From contig NC_047017.1 in the NCBI RefSeq assembly GCF_902652985.1, positions 42,904,001 to 42,968,000 of the forward strand: DNA of 64,000 bases, given 5' to 3'. The translations under genes and the position numbers were made by a program. The notes under the pieces were generated by a model. The model was given only the letters and a program-made list of their open reading frames with translations. It was not told where the DNA came from and did not search any database. Position 1 is the stretch's first letter. Every line of letters starts with the position of its first letter. The DNA comes from Pecten maximus (taxonomy: Eukaryota). Positions 1-13,600 of this stretch are shown in pieces.

Positions 1-1589
1 GAATACTTTATGGCAACCATGAAATTTTCCTAATTATCAACCACAAACTGTCTTAGTGTCTTAAGTATGATTTGTGGAGGTCGCAATGACAACTTTGTAA
101 TGGTTTCCTAAGCATCATCTTTGTAGAAGCCATGATATGTAGATTGATATTCCCTGTTTTGTGGTTATTCGGTAGATGCGGTCTTGATATTGGTAAAATG
201 TTTGTGACTATCACAAAAGGAAGTGTTAAAGTTTCTGTTTGGATAATGACATAATGTATATTAATGGCACAGCTAAACAGTGACAAGCTATACACGAGAG
301 AAGTGTATTAAGTCCGCGTTTGTCATCTTTTGGATCGTGCGTATCTAATTAAATAAAGAGGATTAATTAATCAAAATCCAATGACGGACGCCATTCTTAC
401 GATAAAGTAACAATGAAAACAACAGTAAATACACATCGTAGAATTATATAAACTCCGCTTCAACAGATTACATGGAATAGTGTTAGAATGATTTAGTTGC
501 TGAAGCTTTGAAATCTGCATTTGAACCTCAAAGAAATAAAACTCATCAGCAAAAGAAACAAACGCTTCTCTCCTTCCTTCACTAAGACATTTGAACACGC
601 CTTATGGTTGTAATGCACGAAAGACACTGGCGATTAAATCAATGCAAATAAGAGTAATTTGATTTCAGCACAACTTGCTAGGGCTATATTGTTAATTATC
701 AGGTGTGTCGCGGCCAGGGTTATGTTGGTATGCCCCGGCACATTTGCGTGCTTTGACGAACATTTAAATGTATTCCATACACGGTAATGTAACATTACGC
801 CGCAAGAAATCAGAATTCCGCAAGCTTCTTCAAAGACACTGCTGCATTCTCTCCTTTTAGATAGGAAACTTATTGTGGTCTTGATTTTGGAATAATTAAC
901 ATCATTCTAGACACTTCAAAGCCGAAAAGGATTAAGCCAGAGATTCTATTTCTTTGATAATAAAACTAGTTCAGCTATATAATTCATTGATTTTTGAAGC
1001 ATTTCAATCTTTCTATTTCAGATTTTCAGCAGTCTTTCCGGACTGAAGTCAGTGTTCGCGATCACGCCGTCAGATATAACTTGGATGGGGATAACACTAA
1101 ATGTGACACATTCCATCTTGTTCTAGCTTCAGTTAAAGGCTATCAAAGATCAAATTCCTATCTCAATCCTCCAAGGTCATCCCAGGCAAATTATTTGACC
1201 GAAATTCCTTTATCTCATTATACAGAATTAGATTCGAGACACATCTATCATTTTATTGATCAATATTTCAAGTTCAAACGTTAAAATCACGATCTGTAAA
1301 TCTCAAATATATATATATTCTACCATGCTTTTTTCTACCATATACACAAAAATGTTAACTGAGCTTTATCTCTTTAACTATTATGCCTACGTGTTAACAG
1401 TTTCAACCTCTCTTATGAACACCGAGAACTGTTTGGTATCTTTATAAATCACGTGTTGTAACAATGTTGAATTTAATTTCAACTACGTATACGCCGTCCC
1501 AAACTAGTATCGAATAAATGTACTGATTTATGGACATACATATTTATCTCAAGTGTCATTACTAATCTGCAAGCTCTCATTTACACATG

Positions 1590-4500
1590 TCTATACCAGT
1601 CCAAAGTGCTTTACTGATCCACGTACCCTTATATATACTAGTCAGTAGTGTTTTACTGATCCAAGTACCCTTATATATCCACGCACACTTATATATACCA
1701 GTCGGTAGTGTTTTACTGATCAACGTACCCTTATATATACCAGTCAGAAGTGTTTTACTGATCCATGTACCCTTATTTACCAGTGAGTGGTGTTTTACTG
1801 ATCCACGTACCCTTATATATACCAGTCAGTAGTGTTTTACTGATCCACGTACCCTTATATATACCAGTCAGTAGTGTTTTACTGATCCACGTACCCTTAT
1901 ATATACCAGGCAGAAGTGTTTTACTGATCCACGTACCTTTATACATACCAGTCAGTAGTGTTTTACTGATCCACGTACCCTTATATATACCAGTCAGTAG
2001 TGTTTTACTGATCCACACACCCTTATATATACCAGTCAGTAGTGTTTTATTGATCCACGTACCCTTATATATACCAGTCAGTGGTGTTTTACTGATCCAC
2101 GTACCCTTATATATATACCAGTCAGTAGTGTTTTACAGATCCACACACCCTTATATATACCAGTCAGTAGTGTTTTACTGATCAACGTACCCTTATATAT
2201 ACCAGTCAGTAGTGTTTTACTGATCCACGTACCCTTATATATACCTGTCAGTAGTGTTTTACTGATCAACGTACCCTTATATATACCAGTCAGTAGTGTT
2301 TTACTGATCCACACACCCTTATATATACCAGTCAGTAGTGTTTTACTGATCCACGTACCCTTATACATACCAGTCAGTAGTGTTTTACTGATCCACGTAC
2401 CCTTATATATACCAGTCAGTAGTGTTTTACTGATCCACGTACCCTTATATATACCAGTCAGTAGTGTTTTACTGATCCACGTACCCTTATATATACCAGG
2501 CAGAAGTGTTTTACCAATCCACGCACCCTTATATATACCAGTCAGTAGTGTTTTACTGATCCACGTACCCTTATATATACCAGTCAGAAGTGTTTTACTG
2601 ATCCACGTACCCTTATATATACCAGTCAGTAGTGTTTTACTGATCCACGTACCCTTATATATACCAGTCAGTAGTGTTTTACTGATCCACGTACCCTTAT
2701 ATATACCTGTCAGTAGTGTTTTACTGATCCACGTACCCTTATATATACCAGTCAGTAGTGTTTTACTGATCCACGTACCCTTATATATACCTGTCAGTGG
2801 TGTTTTACTGATCCACATAACCTGATATATACCAGTCAGTAGTGTTTTACTGATCCACGTACCCTTATACATACCAGTCAGTAGTGTTTTACTGATCCAC
2901 GTACCCTTATATATACCAGTCAGTGGTGTTTTACTGATCCACGTACCCTTATATATACCTGTCAGTAGTGTCTTACTGATCCACATACCCTTATATATAC
3001 CCGTCAGTAGTGTCTTACTGATCCACGTACCCTTATATATACCTGTCAGTAGTGTCTTACTGATCCACGTACCCTTATATATACCTGTCAGTAGTGTCTT
3101 ACTGATCCACGTACCCTTATATATACCTGTCAGTAGTGTCTTACTGATCCACGTACCTCTATATATACCAGTCAGTGGTGTTTTACTGATCCACGTACCC
3201 TTATATATACCAGTCAGTGGTGTTTTACTGATCCACGTACCCTTATATATACCAGTCAGTAGTGTTTTACTGATCCACGTACATGTACCCTTATATATAC
3301 CAGTCAGTAGTGTTTTACTGATCCACGTACCCTTATATATACCTGTCAGAAGTGTTTTACTGATCCATGTACCCTTATTTACCAGTCAGTGGTGTTTTAC
3401 TGATCCACGTACCCTTATATATACCAGTCAGTAGTGTTTTACTGATCCACGTACCGTTATATATACCAGTCAGTAGTGTTTTACTGATCCACGTACCGTT
3501 ATATATACCAGTCAGTAGTGTTTTACTGATCCACGTACCCTTATATATACCAGTCAGTAGTGTTTTACTGATCCACGTACCCTTATATATACCAGTCAGT
3601 AGTGTTTTACTGATCCACGTACCCTTATATATACCAGGCAGAAGTGTTTTACTGATCGACGTACCCTTATATATACCAGTCAGTAGTGTTTTACTGATCG
3701 ACGTACCCTTATATATACCAGTCAGTGGTGTTTTACTGATCCACGTACCCTTATATATACTAGTCAGTGGTGTTTTACTGATCCACGTACCCTTATATAT
3801 ACTAGTCAGTGGTGTTTTACTGATCCACGTACCCTTATATATACCAGTCAGTAGTGTTTTACTGATCCACGCACCGTTATATATACCTGTCAGTAGTGTT
3901 TTACTGATCCACACACCCTTATATATACCAGTCAGTAGTATTTTACTGATCCACGTACCCTTATATATACCTGTCAGCAGTGTTTTACTGATCCACGTAC
4001 CCTTATATATACAAGTCAGTAGTGTTTTACTGATCCACGCACCCTTATATATACCAGTCAGAAGTGTTTTACTGATCCACGCACCCTTATATATACCAGT
4101 CAGTAGTGTTTTACTGATCCACGTACCCTTATATATACCAGTCAGTAGTGTTTTACTGATCCACGTACCCTTATATATACCAGTCAGTAGTGTTTTACTG
4201 ATCCACGTACCCTTATATATACCAGTCAGTAGTGTTTTACTGATCCACGTACCCTTATATATACCAGTCAGTAGTGTTTTACTGATCCACGTACCCTTAT
4301 ATATACCAGTCAGTAGTGTTTTACTGATCCACGTACCCTTATATATACCAGTCAGTAGTGTTTTACTGATCCACGTACCCTTATATATACCAGTCAGTGG
4401 TGTTTTACTGATCCACGTAGCCTTATATATACCAGTCAGTAGTGTTTTACTGATCCACGTACCCTTATATATACCAGTCAGTGGTGTTTTACTGATCCAC

Positions 4501-7300
4501 GTACCCTTATATATACCTGTCAGTAGTGTTTTACTGATCCACGTACCCTTATATATACCAGTCAGTAGTGTTTTACTGATCCACGTACCCTTATATATAC
4601 CAGTCAGTGGTGTTTTACTGATCCACGTACCCTTATATATACCTGTCAGTGGTGTTTTACTGATCCACGTACCCTTATATATACCAGTCAGTAGTGTTTT
4701 ACTGATCCACGTACCCTTATATATACCAGTCAGTGGTGTTTTACTGATCCACGTACCCTTATATATACCAGTCAGTAGTGTTTTACTGATCCACGTACCC
4801 TTATATATACCAGTCAGTAGTGTTTTACTGATCCACGTACCCTTATATATACCTGTCAGTAGTGTTTTACTAATCCACGTACCCTTATATATACCAGTCA
4901 GTAGTGTTTTACTGATCCACGTACCCTTATATATACCAGTCAGTGGTGTTTTACTGATCCACGTACCCTTATATATACCTGTCAGTGGTGTTTTACTGAT
5001 CCACGTACCCTTATATATACCAGTCAGTAGTGTTTTACTGATCCACGTACCCTTATATATACCAGTCAGTGGTGTTTTACTGATCCACGTACCCTTATAT
5101 ATACCTGTCAGTAGTGTTTTACTGATCCACGTACCCTTATATATACCAGTCAGTAGTGTTTTACTGATCCACGTACCCTTATATATACCTGTCAGTAGTG
5201 TTTTACTAATCCACGTACCCTTATATATACCAGGCAGAAGTGTTTTACTGATCGACGTACCCTTATATATACCAGTCAGTAGTGTTTTACTGATCCACGT
5301 ACCCTTATATATACTAGTCAGTGGTGTTTTACTGATCCACGTACCCTTATATATACTAGTCAGTGGTGTTTTACTGATCCACGTACCCTTATATATACCA
5401 GTCAGTAGTGTTTTACTGATCCACGCACCCTTATATATACCTGTCAGTAGTGTTTTACTGATCCACACACCCTTATATATACCAGTCAGTAGTATTTTAC
5501 TGATCCACGTACCCTTATATATACCTGTCAGCAGTGTTTTACTGATCCACGTACCCTTATATATACAAGTCAGTAGTGTTTTACTGATCCACGCACCCTT
5601 ATATATACCAGTCAGAAGTGTTTTACTGATCCACGCACCCTTATATATACCAGTCAGTAGTGTTTTACTGATCCACGTACCCTTATATATACCAGTCAGT
5701 AGTGTTTTACTGATCCACGTACCCTTATATATACCAGTCAGTAGTGTTTTACTGATCCACGTACCCTTATATATACCAGTCAGTAGTGTTTTACTGATCC
5801 ACGTACCCTTATATATACCAGTCAGTAGTGTTTTACTGATCCACGTACCCTTATATATACCAGTCAGTAGTGTTTTACTGATCCACGTACCCTTATATAT
5901 ACCAGTCAGTAGTGTTTTACTGATCCACGTACCGTTATATATACCAGGCAGAAGTGTTTTACCAATCCACGCACACTTATATATACCAGTCGGTAGTGTT
6001 TTACTGATCCACGTACCCTTATATATACCAGTCAGTGGTGTTTTACTGATCCACGTACCCTTATATATACCTGTCAGTAGTGTTTTACTGATCCACGTAC
6101 CCTTATATATACCAGTCAGTAGTGTTTTACAGATCCACGTACCCTTATATATACCAGTCAGTAGTGTTTTACTGATCCACGTACCCTTATATATACCAGT
6201 CAGAAGTGTTTTACTGATCCACACACCCTTATATATACCAGTCGGTGGTGTCTTACTGATCCACGTACCCTTATATATACCAGTCAGTGGTGTTTTACTG
6301 ATCCACGTACCCTTATATATACCTGTCAGTAGTGTTTTACTGATCCACGTACCCTTATATATACCAGTCAGTAGTGTTTTACAGATCCACGTACCCTTAT
6401 ATATACCAGTCAGTAGTGTTTTACTGATCCACGTACCCTTATATATACCAGTCAGTAGTGTTTTACTGATCCACGTACCCTTATATATACCAGTCAGTAG
6501 TGTTTTACTGATCCACACACCCTTATATATACCAGTCAGAAGTGTTTTACTGATCCACGTACCCTTATATATACCAGTCAGAAGTGTTTTACTGATCCAC
6601 ACACCCTTATATATACCAGTCAGAAGTGTTTTACTGATCCACGTACCCTTATATATACCAGTCAGTAGTGTTTTACTGATCCACACACCCTTATATATAC
6701 CAGTCAGAAGTGTTTTACTGATCCACGTACCCTTATATATACCAGTCAGTAGTGTTTTACTGATCCAAGTACCCTTATATATACCTGTCAGTAGTGTTTT
6801 ACTGATCAACGTACCCTTATATATACCTGTCAGCGGTGTTTTACTGATCCACGTACCCTTATATATACCAGTCAGTAGTGTTTTACTGATCCACGTACCC
6901 TTATATATACCAGTCAGTAGTGTTTTACTGATCCACGTACCCTTATATATACCAGTCAGAAGTGTTTTACTGATCCACGTACCCTTATATATACCCGTAA
7001 GAAGTGTTTTACTAATCCACGTACCGTTATATATACCAGTCAGTAGTGTTTTACTGATCCACGTACCCTTATATATACCAGTCAGTAGTGTTTTACTGAT
7101 CCACGTACCCTTATATATACCAGGCAGAAGTGTTTTACCAATCCACGCACCCTTATATATACCAGTCAGTAGTGTTTTACTGATTCACGTACCCTTATAT
7201 ATACCAGTCAGAAGTGTTTTACTGATCCACGTACCCTTATATATACCAGTCAGTAGTGTTTTACTGATCCACGTACCCTTATATATACCAGGCAGAAGTG
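1590..7300. repeat. 42-bp satellite array (~135 copies) in a TALPID3 intron
   Basis: Unit ATCCACGTACCCTTATATATACCAGTCAGTAGTGTTTTACTG. The length is a multiple of 3 and one frame per strand lacks stops, giving the spurious (IHVPLYIPVSSVLL)n and (TWISKTLLTGIYKG)n ORFs. Each unit has an internal inverted repeat TCAGTA-6nt-TACTGA. Confidence 0.97.
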
Positions 7301-7685
7301 AAATTACATGCCAAGATGATCAAATTGTAAAGAACATGCTCGTCAAACGAGATACAGCCCAAACAATTTTTTTCTGTGATTCTTGTCAAAGGTCAAAATA
7401 TAGGACAGTGTGAATGTGATGGCATGGACAATTTTTTCTTTAATGTAGTTCAAAGGTAAAAATGTAGGTCAGAGTGACCTGATTTTGACACATGACACAC
7501 TATCTCACCTAAGTGAACCAGCATATGCCTCAAGTTAAAATTTCTTGTGTAATATAGGCAATAGATTCTATCAAAATATGCCTTGTTCCTCTTCTGGTCA
7601 GAAAAAATTCTTCTTTTTTTTCTGTATTCTCTTATGACATTGATATGCCATAGTGATAGTTTATTCTATATACATGAATACATAC

Positions 7686-10600
7686 CTTGTGTAGACTGGC
7701 TGGTGAATAGTTATTCCTTGCCCTCCATGGGTTGGAGAGCCAGCAGAAGCCAAAATCTCCTCAAGTATGCCTTTAGCTGGCAAAATAAAAATAAAGTTAT
7801 ATAATACATGTAGCACAATGCTCTTTAGACATACTTTGCCTTTAAGTGTCTTAAACTCTTTAATTTGTGCATGTTAAACAAGTATAAGTATAGCATTGTG
7901 CTACTTCTTCTACGGAAAATCTATCAGTTTTGATACCACGTAGGCAGATTTCATGAATTAACATCTGAATTGATCCCATTTTGTATACATGTATATTTTT
8001 TTTCAATACATTTTGTAGCAATTGAATATTTGTTCTGTCTTCTTTCTGATGTCAATTTCATTTACTTCTTATCAAACAAATGTAACATGAAAACACTATT
8101 TTTAAGATGGTATCATGAGACATATGCCTGACAATGTACAAACTGCTTCACACAAAAATGCCTAAGTCGGCACTCACAGTATAGAAATATCAACAACAAA
8201 TGAAAACAAGAGACCCAGAGGCCATGTATCACTCACCTGGTTTATTTGAGCAAACATCAAAATAATGTCATGTTATATTTGTTAATGTCTAACAATGCTA
8301 TATGTATGATTAAAGGATGGGGATCTCAACTGCTTCAAAGAAATGAAGTCAAGACTCAACATGATTGTGTTTAAAGAAACCTTAAGTCCCTTGGGTGTAT
8401 GGAAAGACCCCTGGGCTTATTTGATTCCCAGCAATGCTATATATGGTTATGATGTGGAGATCTGAACGGTTTCAAAGACAACAAAATCAATAAGTCTTCA
8501 AAGGTGGGGAAAGACCCCAGTCAAAAAGTTGTCTACCTTCGTCATTTGTATTGCTAAGTTATCTTTTATTATATCTATTTATTAGCACAATGTATCATAT
8601 ACACTATGTGTTGGTGATCGGAAGATATAGATTTGAATTTCCTGTCGTAGTTGTACCGAGAGAAATATATATAATATATGTACAATTTGTATCCATGTAT
8701 GTAAATACATTGCGATCCAGCTTTGCAGGTATTCATATCATCTTATAGACGACTTCCACAATGATCATGTCAGGGTATCGGGCTGACCATCACTGCGCCA
8801 TTGAAACGTTCTTTTTTAAGAACGCCAATGTGGCACAGTGGTATAAGCTGCGGGTATTTCTGGCTAGGCGATTGGGTGCCGTAGATCGTGAGTTTGAGGC
8901 CCGGTCAGGGCACGAGTCAAAAAGTTGTCCTCCTTCGTCATTTGAGTTGCTTAGTTATATATATAGGAGCACATGGGTTATCAAAGGACCTTACAGTGGA
9001 TGGAGGAAACCCCCATCTGGGGAATTCCCGCCTTCTTTCCACCTGTAGTCCTACGCCATCCTATTTTAAGTAGGGATGTATATGGTTGTTCTTCAAACCG
9101 TATACCACTAATCTCTATTCTTGCTTATAGGAAATACCCACTCCATGTGTTCATTAATCTGACCAACCCCTACAGACCCCATAAACACACTTTCCTTAGG
9201 GACTTGGTTCACATGAAACAGCAGCTGATTGGCTGAATAAGTTGTGTGAGTACATGTTGTCGGTTTGTGACGAGTCATCCTGATACCTGCCACCCGGTTT
9301 TTGTTACGCTAATAGGATCTTTCGACCACCTTTCTGTTTGGTTTTTAATGCCTAAATTATACCTTTCTACACAATTACATTTTTATGATTTAAATATTTA
9401 TTCAATTTCGTTAAAACGAACTAATTTTAATATGGGATTTGCCACCCGATATTGTCACTGCTACCCGCTGTTTGGGCTGATATTTGCGGGACAAAATGTA
9501 CATACCAGGTAGAAAAACAAAAAACAAAAACAAAAACATTCACTACATAGCACGCACGCGCTGCCATCACATTGAATCAACTCGCGATGTTATTCTGTTA
9601 AACCTTTTAGTTATGTTATTTATTAATTTATCTATTCATTTATTTATTCATTAACTTTTACCATCTGTACACCACCTAAGATGTTTTCTAATTAATCATA
9701 ATAGGCCCTCGGCGAATTAATTATCGGCCGAGGGGGATCGTTTTTATAACATAACGATATTTATTGTTGTTTATACCCACTATATTTGTGTAACTGTTCC
9801 ATGCTCTATGTCTATATGTGATCGTATGTAATTTACCTGTGTCTTGATAAAGGGGCAGATTGCCTTGAAAATTTGACAATTTACTTGTCTGTACTGTCGT
9901 TATTACTACTTGACAATTATCTACCCCACCCCTGAGGCCCCTGGGGAGGTCAGCCCATCATTTGTATAAATTTAAATCCCAGCCACCTAGGGATGTTAAC
10001 ACTGAAATATCAATGTCATACATTGCTTAGATCCAGAAAAGAAATCGTTAATATCAATATTGCTAAATGGACCCCTTTTGGCCCCGTTCCTAAGGCCCCT
10101 TGGGGGTCAGCCCTATTATTTGTATAAATTTGAATCACAGTCACCTAGGGATGCTACCACTGAAATATCAATGTCATACATTGATTAGGTCCAGAGAAGA
10201 AGTAGTTAATATCAATATTGCCACATGGACCTTTTTTGGCCCTGCCCTCAGGACCCTTAGGGGTCAGCCCCATCAATTGAATCCCACCCAACTAGGAATC
10301 AGAAGAAGTCAATTGTTGAAGGATGGACGACGGACGCAAAGGTATGACATCAGCTCACCTTGGTCCTTTTTTTCCCATATGAAACAGTCATAAAATGAAA
10401 ATGCTACCTCCTCCTGAGAAAAAGAACACCCCCCCTCCCCCCCGTGAGCACTTATACATAATGTAGTCAGCAGTCATGTTGGTCTATGACACCAGGGGCC
10501 TGTTTTGTTTATGTAAAATTTCAAACACATATCTTATTATGATAACATTTGTGAGAAGTGTTTAAAGAATTGTTATTTTATCTTTTTGTTGGCACAAATT

Positions 10601-13600
10601 TTGTACATAATCTACACAATTTGTAACATAGCAGTGTACAGTAAAAATGTACAATTCTGAAAAAAAAACCATGTTTTAGATATGTAAACGGCAGTTAACC
10701 CTACACAATACCTATATTAAAGTATATATATTTGTTATCTATACAACATTTGCAATTTTGATACAGCTGTAAGGATCTGTAAACTTATTTTTTTCTATAT
10801 TTTTCAGACCTGTAAAAACCATTGTAACCTCTTCAAAAAACCTTAAAAATTGCAAAATATCATGATTTTTGACCCAACATGACACAACTCTTAACACATT
10901 TTTTTTTCTTAAACCTAATTGAAATTAAATCTCTCTATCCCAAAGACAGAATTAATCTTGTTTTGACATATATTTTACATCATTAAGTTTTTCTGCTATG
11001 TTGCCTTGTCTGCTACGTACCAAGTTTTGATGGAAGCAAATTTCTGGTGTCAAGACATTACCGGAAAATCAGGAATTTTTTTTATCTCAAATCATTTTTG
11101 TTTTTTCTTTTTAACAAATGTGAAGTCTGTATAAACTATTTCATAATGAATATACCAATTAAAGTATACGTTTATTTTTTCCATTTTTTATACGTGTACA
11201 TAATACAATGTACATGAGTTATTTGCTCAATAAAGAAATCACTCATGGCCAGGTTATATTACTGCGGTCTGCTACCTAAATAGTCTTGTTAAAAATGCCA
11301 TCCCAGTACAACTTGACATACTTGTAATTGCCAAGTAATTTCCTGATCATCAATCCATTATTGCACATAAAATATTGATCCAACAACCATGCTCTTCAGT
11401 ATAACATATAGTTCAATGCCAGATATTAAAATAGTGATATTGCATTACATTACACAGTGATATTTGATCTCATGCTTCGTCTGTCTTATTTCATTATATA
11501 TACAATATGGCCGATATTACACACTTGTGACACAGCTAGTTATGTGACTATCTAGGACAAATGACATTTTTGTACAGGTATGCATTCCACAAAATCACGC
11601 ATATCTCGGAAATGGTACAACATATTTACCTAATTTCTTCACAGTACTTTATCTAACAATTTGTAACCATAACAAAAATAATTCAGGATACACTTTAATA
11701 GCCAGAAAAGGAGGTTTCATTATAAACATAGTCTATGATCCCTCCAGCTTAAGGGAGGCAACTCAGATAACACAATTTCTTTAATACACAATAAACAACA
11801 AACAATAAGTTTGTTTTCGTTTTTAGGAGGTTAACATCCTCAAAACAGCCAGGGCCTTATGAGGACAGGACAACCAGTAAGCACAATTAATGTGTTTGAT
11901 AGGGAACTGGAGAGGAGATTAAATTCTAAGGTAATTCAATAAATGAGGTTTAAACAGACAACCACATAAAGGAAAGACAAAACATACATTTAACAAATTA
12001 ATTACTAATATATTTTAGTATTTTTTTTCACAATACTATGTACAGTTTTTTGTTCACTGTCAATAGGTACTTACACTGCTGTGTCTGTGAGTCTGCCATG
12101 GCTGATGGGTCATAGGCTACTGGACGGGGTGCTCTTGACCGAGGGGCTGGGGTGTCCAGGGGGGACCCTTTAGGAGATACAGAAGTCCTGTTGATGGTTG
12201 TCTTACTGAAAGCTCTCCTTGGTAGATCAGCTCCGGGTGAAGGGAACTTCCTCTGCTGGGGAGGAGTTCGTTGAGGGGAGCCACCCACTGATCTGGTTTT
12301 GGGTGTATCTCTTGTAAGTGATATCAATTTTGCCTGATGGAAGTTAAAATAATATACATTTGGTAAGTACCTCTATTTCGTACAATTCAAGTGTTGTGTT
12401 TTAAGTTACTTTTCGTATATCATCTTCTGATCTATATGATTAGTTATTGCATTACATGTAGGTGTAATGAACATAGATCATTATAAATACAAATTGGTAG
12501 ACATCTCATTTCTTGGTAATCTTAATCAAATCTACAACTAAGGCATCAACAACTACCTGCATCTGCAGTTGATGTTCTTGCAGACGTTCTAGATGTTCTA
12601 TTCTCTGATCTGTAAGTTGGGACAACTGTTTCTCAAGGGCCATAACTTTCTGTGATTCCTGTACTGCAGTTTCAGTCTCGGACACCATTTGTTTGGCTGA
12701 GCCACTCTTTTGAATCACAGCCATTTTTTCCAAAATCTCTCCCATTTTGGATTCCAAATCCTGCTGAGCCTAAAGAATATCATATTATATTTGATGAGAA
12801 GAAACAAAAATTTTGAATTGCTCATAATTCCAAAAGGACTTTTATGGTATGTTCATTCAAAATGTATATATACAGTTTGTTTTTTAGAATGCTACACATT
12901 TACAACTTTATTGAGTCAATGGCAATTGTTTTCATCCAATATCATAATTATTTACATCTTAATGTCTTGAACAACTTAAGATAAATATAACTAATGGACA
13001 GTGTATATGTTGTTTGGGACTGATATGGACATAGTCTTGATCATCTTTACCTTAAGGAAAGGCTGTGTAGCTGCTACAGCTGCACTAGCTGCCACCGCAA
13101 CAGCTATGGCCTCACTTGTCTGCCCTGTCACCTTTGACCCTTCCCCTTTGACATCTGGTCCTTTTCTGTCTGCACCAACAATTTTTGGTTGAACAACCCT
13201 CTTCACAGGTCCTGCCTGTTCATACCTAGAGTAGAGAGCAGAATTTGAGCAAAGATTTCATGTCATGTCTATTTACATCCATATCAACCGGAAAAATTCT
13301 TGTTCTTATTGCAAATCTATGCAATAAGTTATTGAATGTTTCGGTAGCTTTAATCTTCAGTGTTGATATGCATAGTTCAAATTGTTAAGTTACCTTTTAG
13401 CAAATGTCTGTCTGATAAGTTTTTGCTTCTCTGACATTTTGAAGTTGGAGATTTTAACTTCTGGTGACTCCTTCCTTTTGTCTAGTCCACTGGACCCCTC
13501 CACTGGAGCCCCCTGTTGAAGCACTCCTCCATTCATCTGCCAAAGAATAATAACATTTTGTGAGCATATCTACATTACTCATTTAATTTCAAATGTGTAA

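Noticed and set aside
994-1284. 96-aa ORF preceded by an acceptor-like TTTCAG
   Set aside because: No recognisable homology or partner exons, and it is antisense within the TALPID3 intron; cannot be supported.
1590-7300. CRISPR-like array (hairpin-containing repeats)
   Set aside because: No unique spacers, no cas genes, eukaryotic context.
3367-7413. 1348-aa (+) and 1144-aa (-) ORFs of 14-aa repeats
   Set aside because: Translations of a 42-bp satellite. Open on both strands, with no unique domain, and located in a TALPID3 intron.
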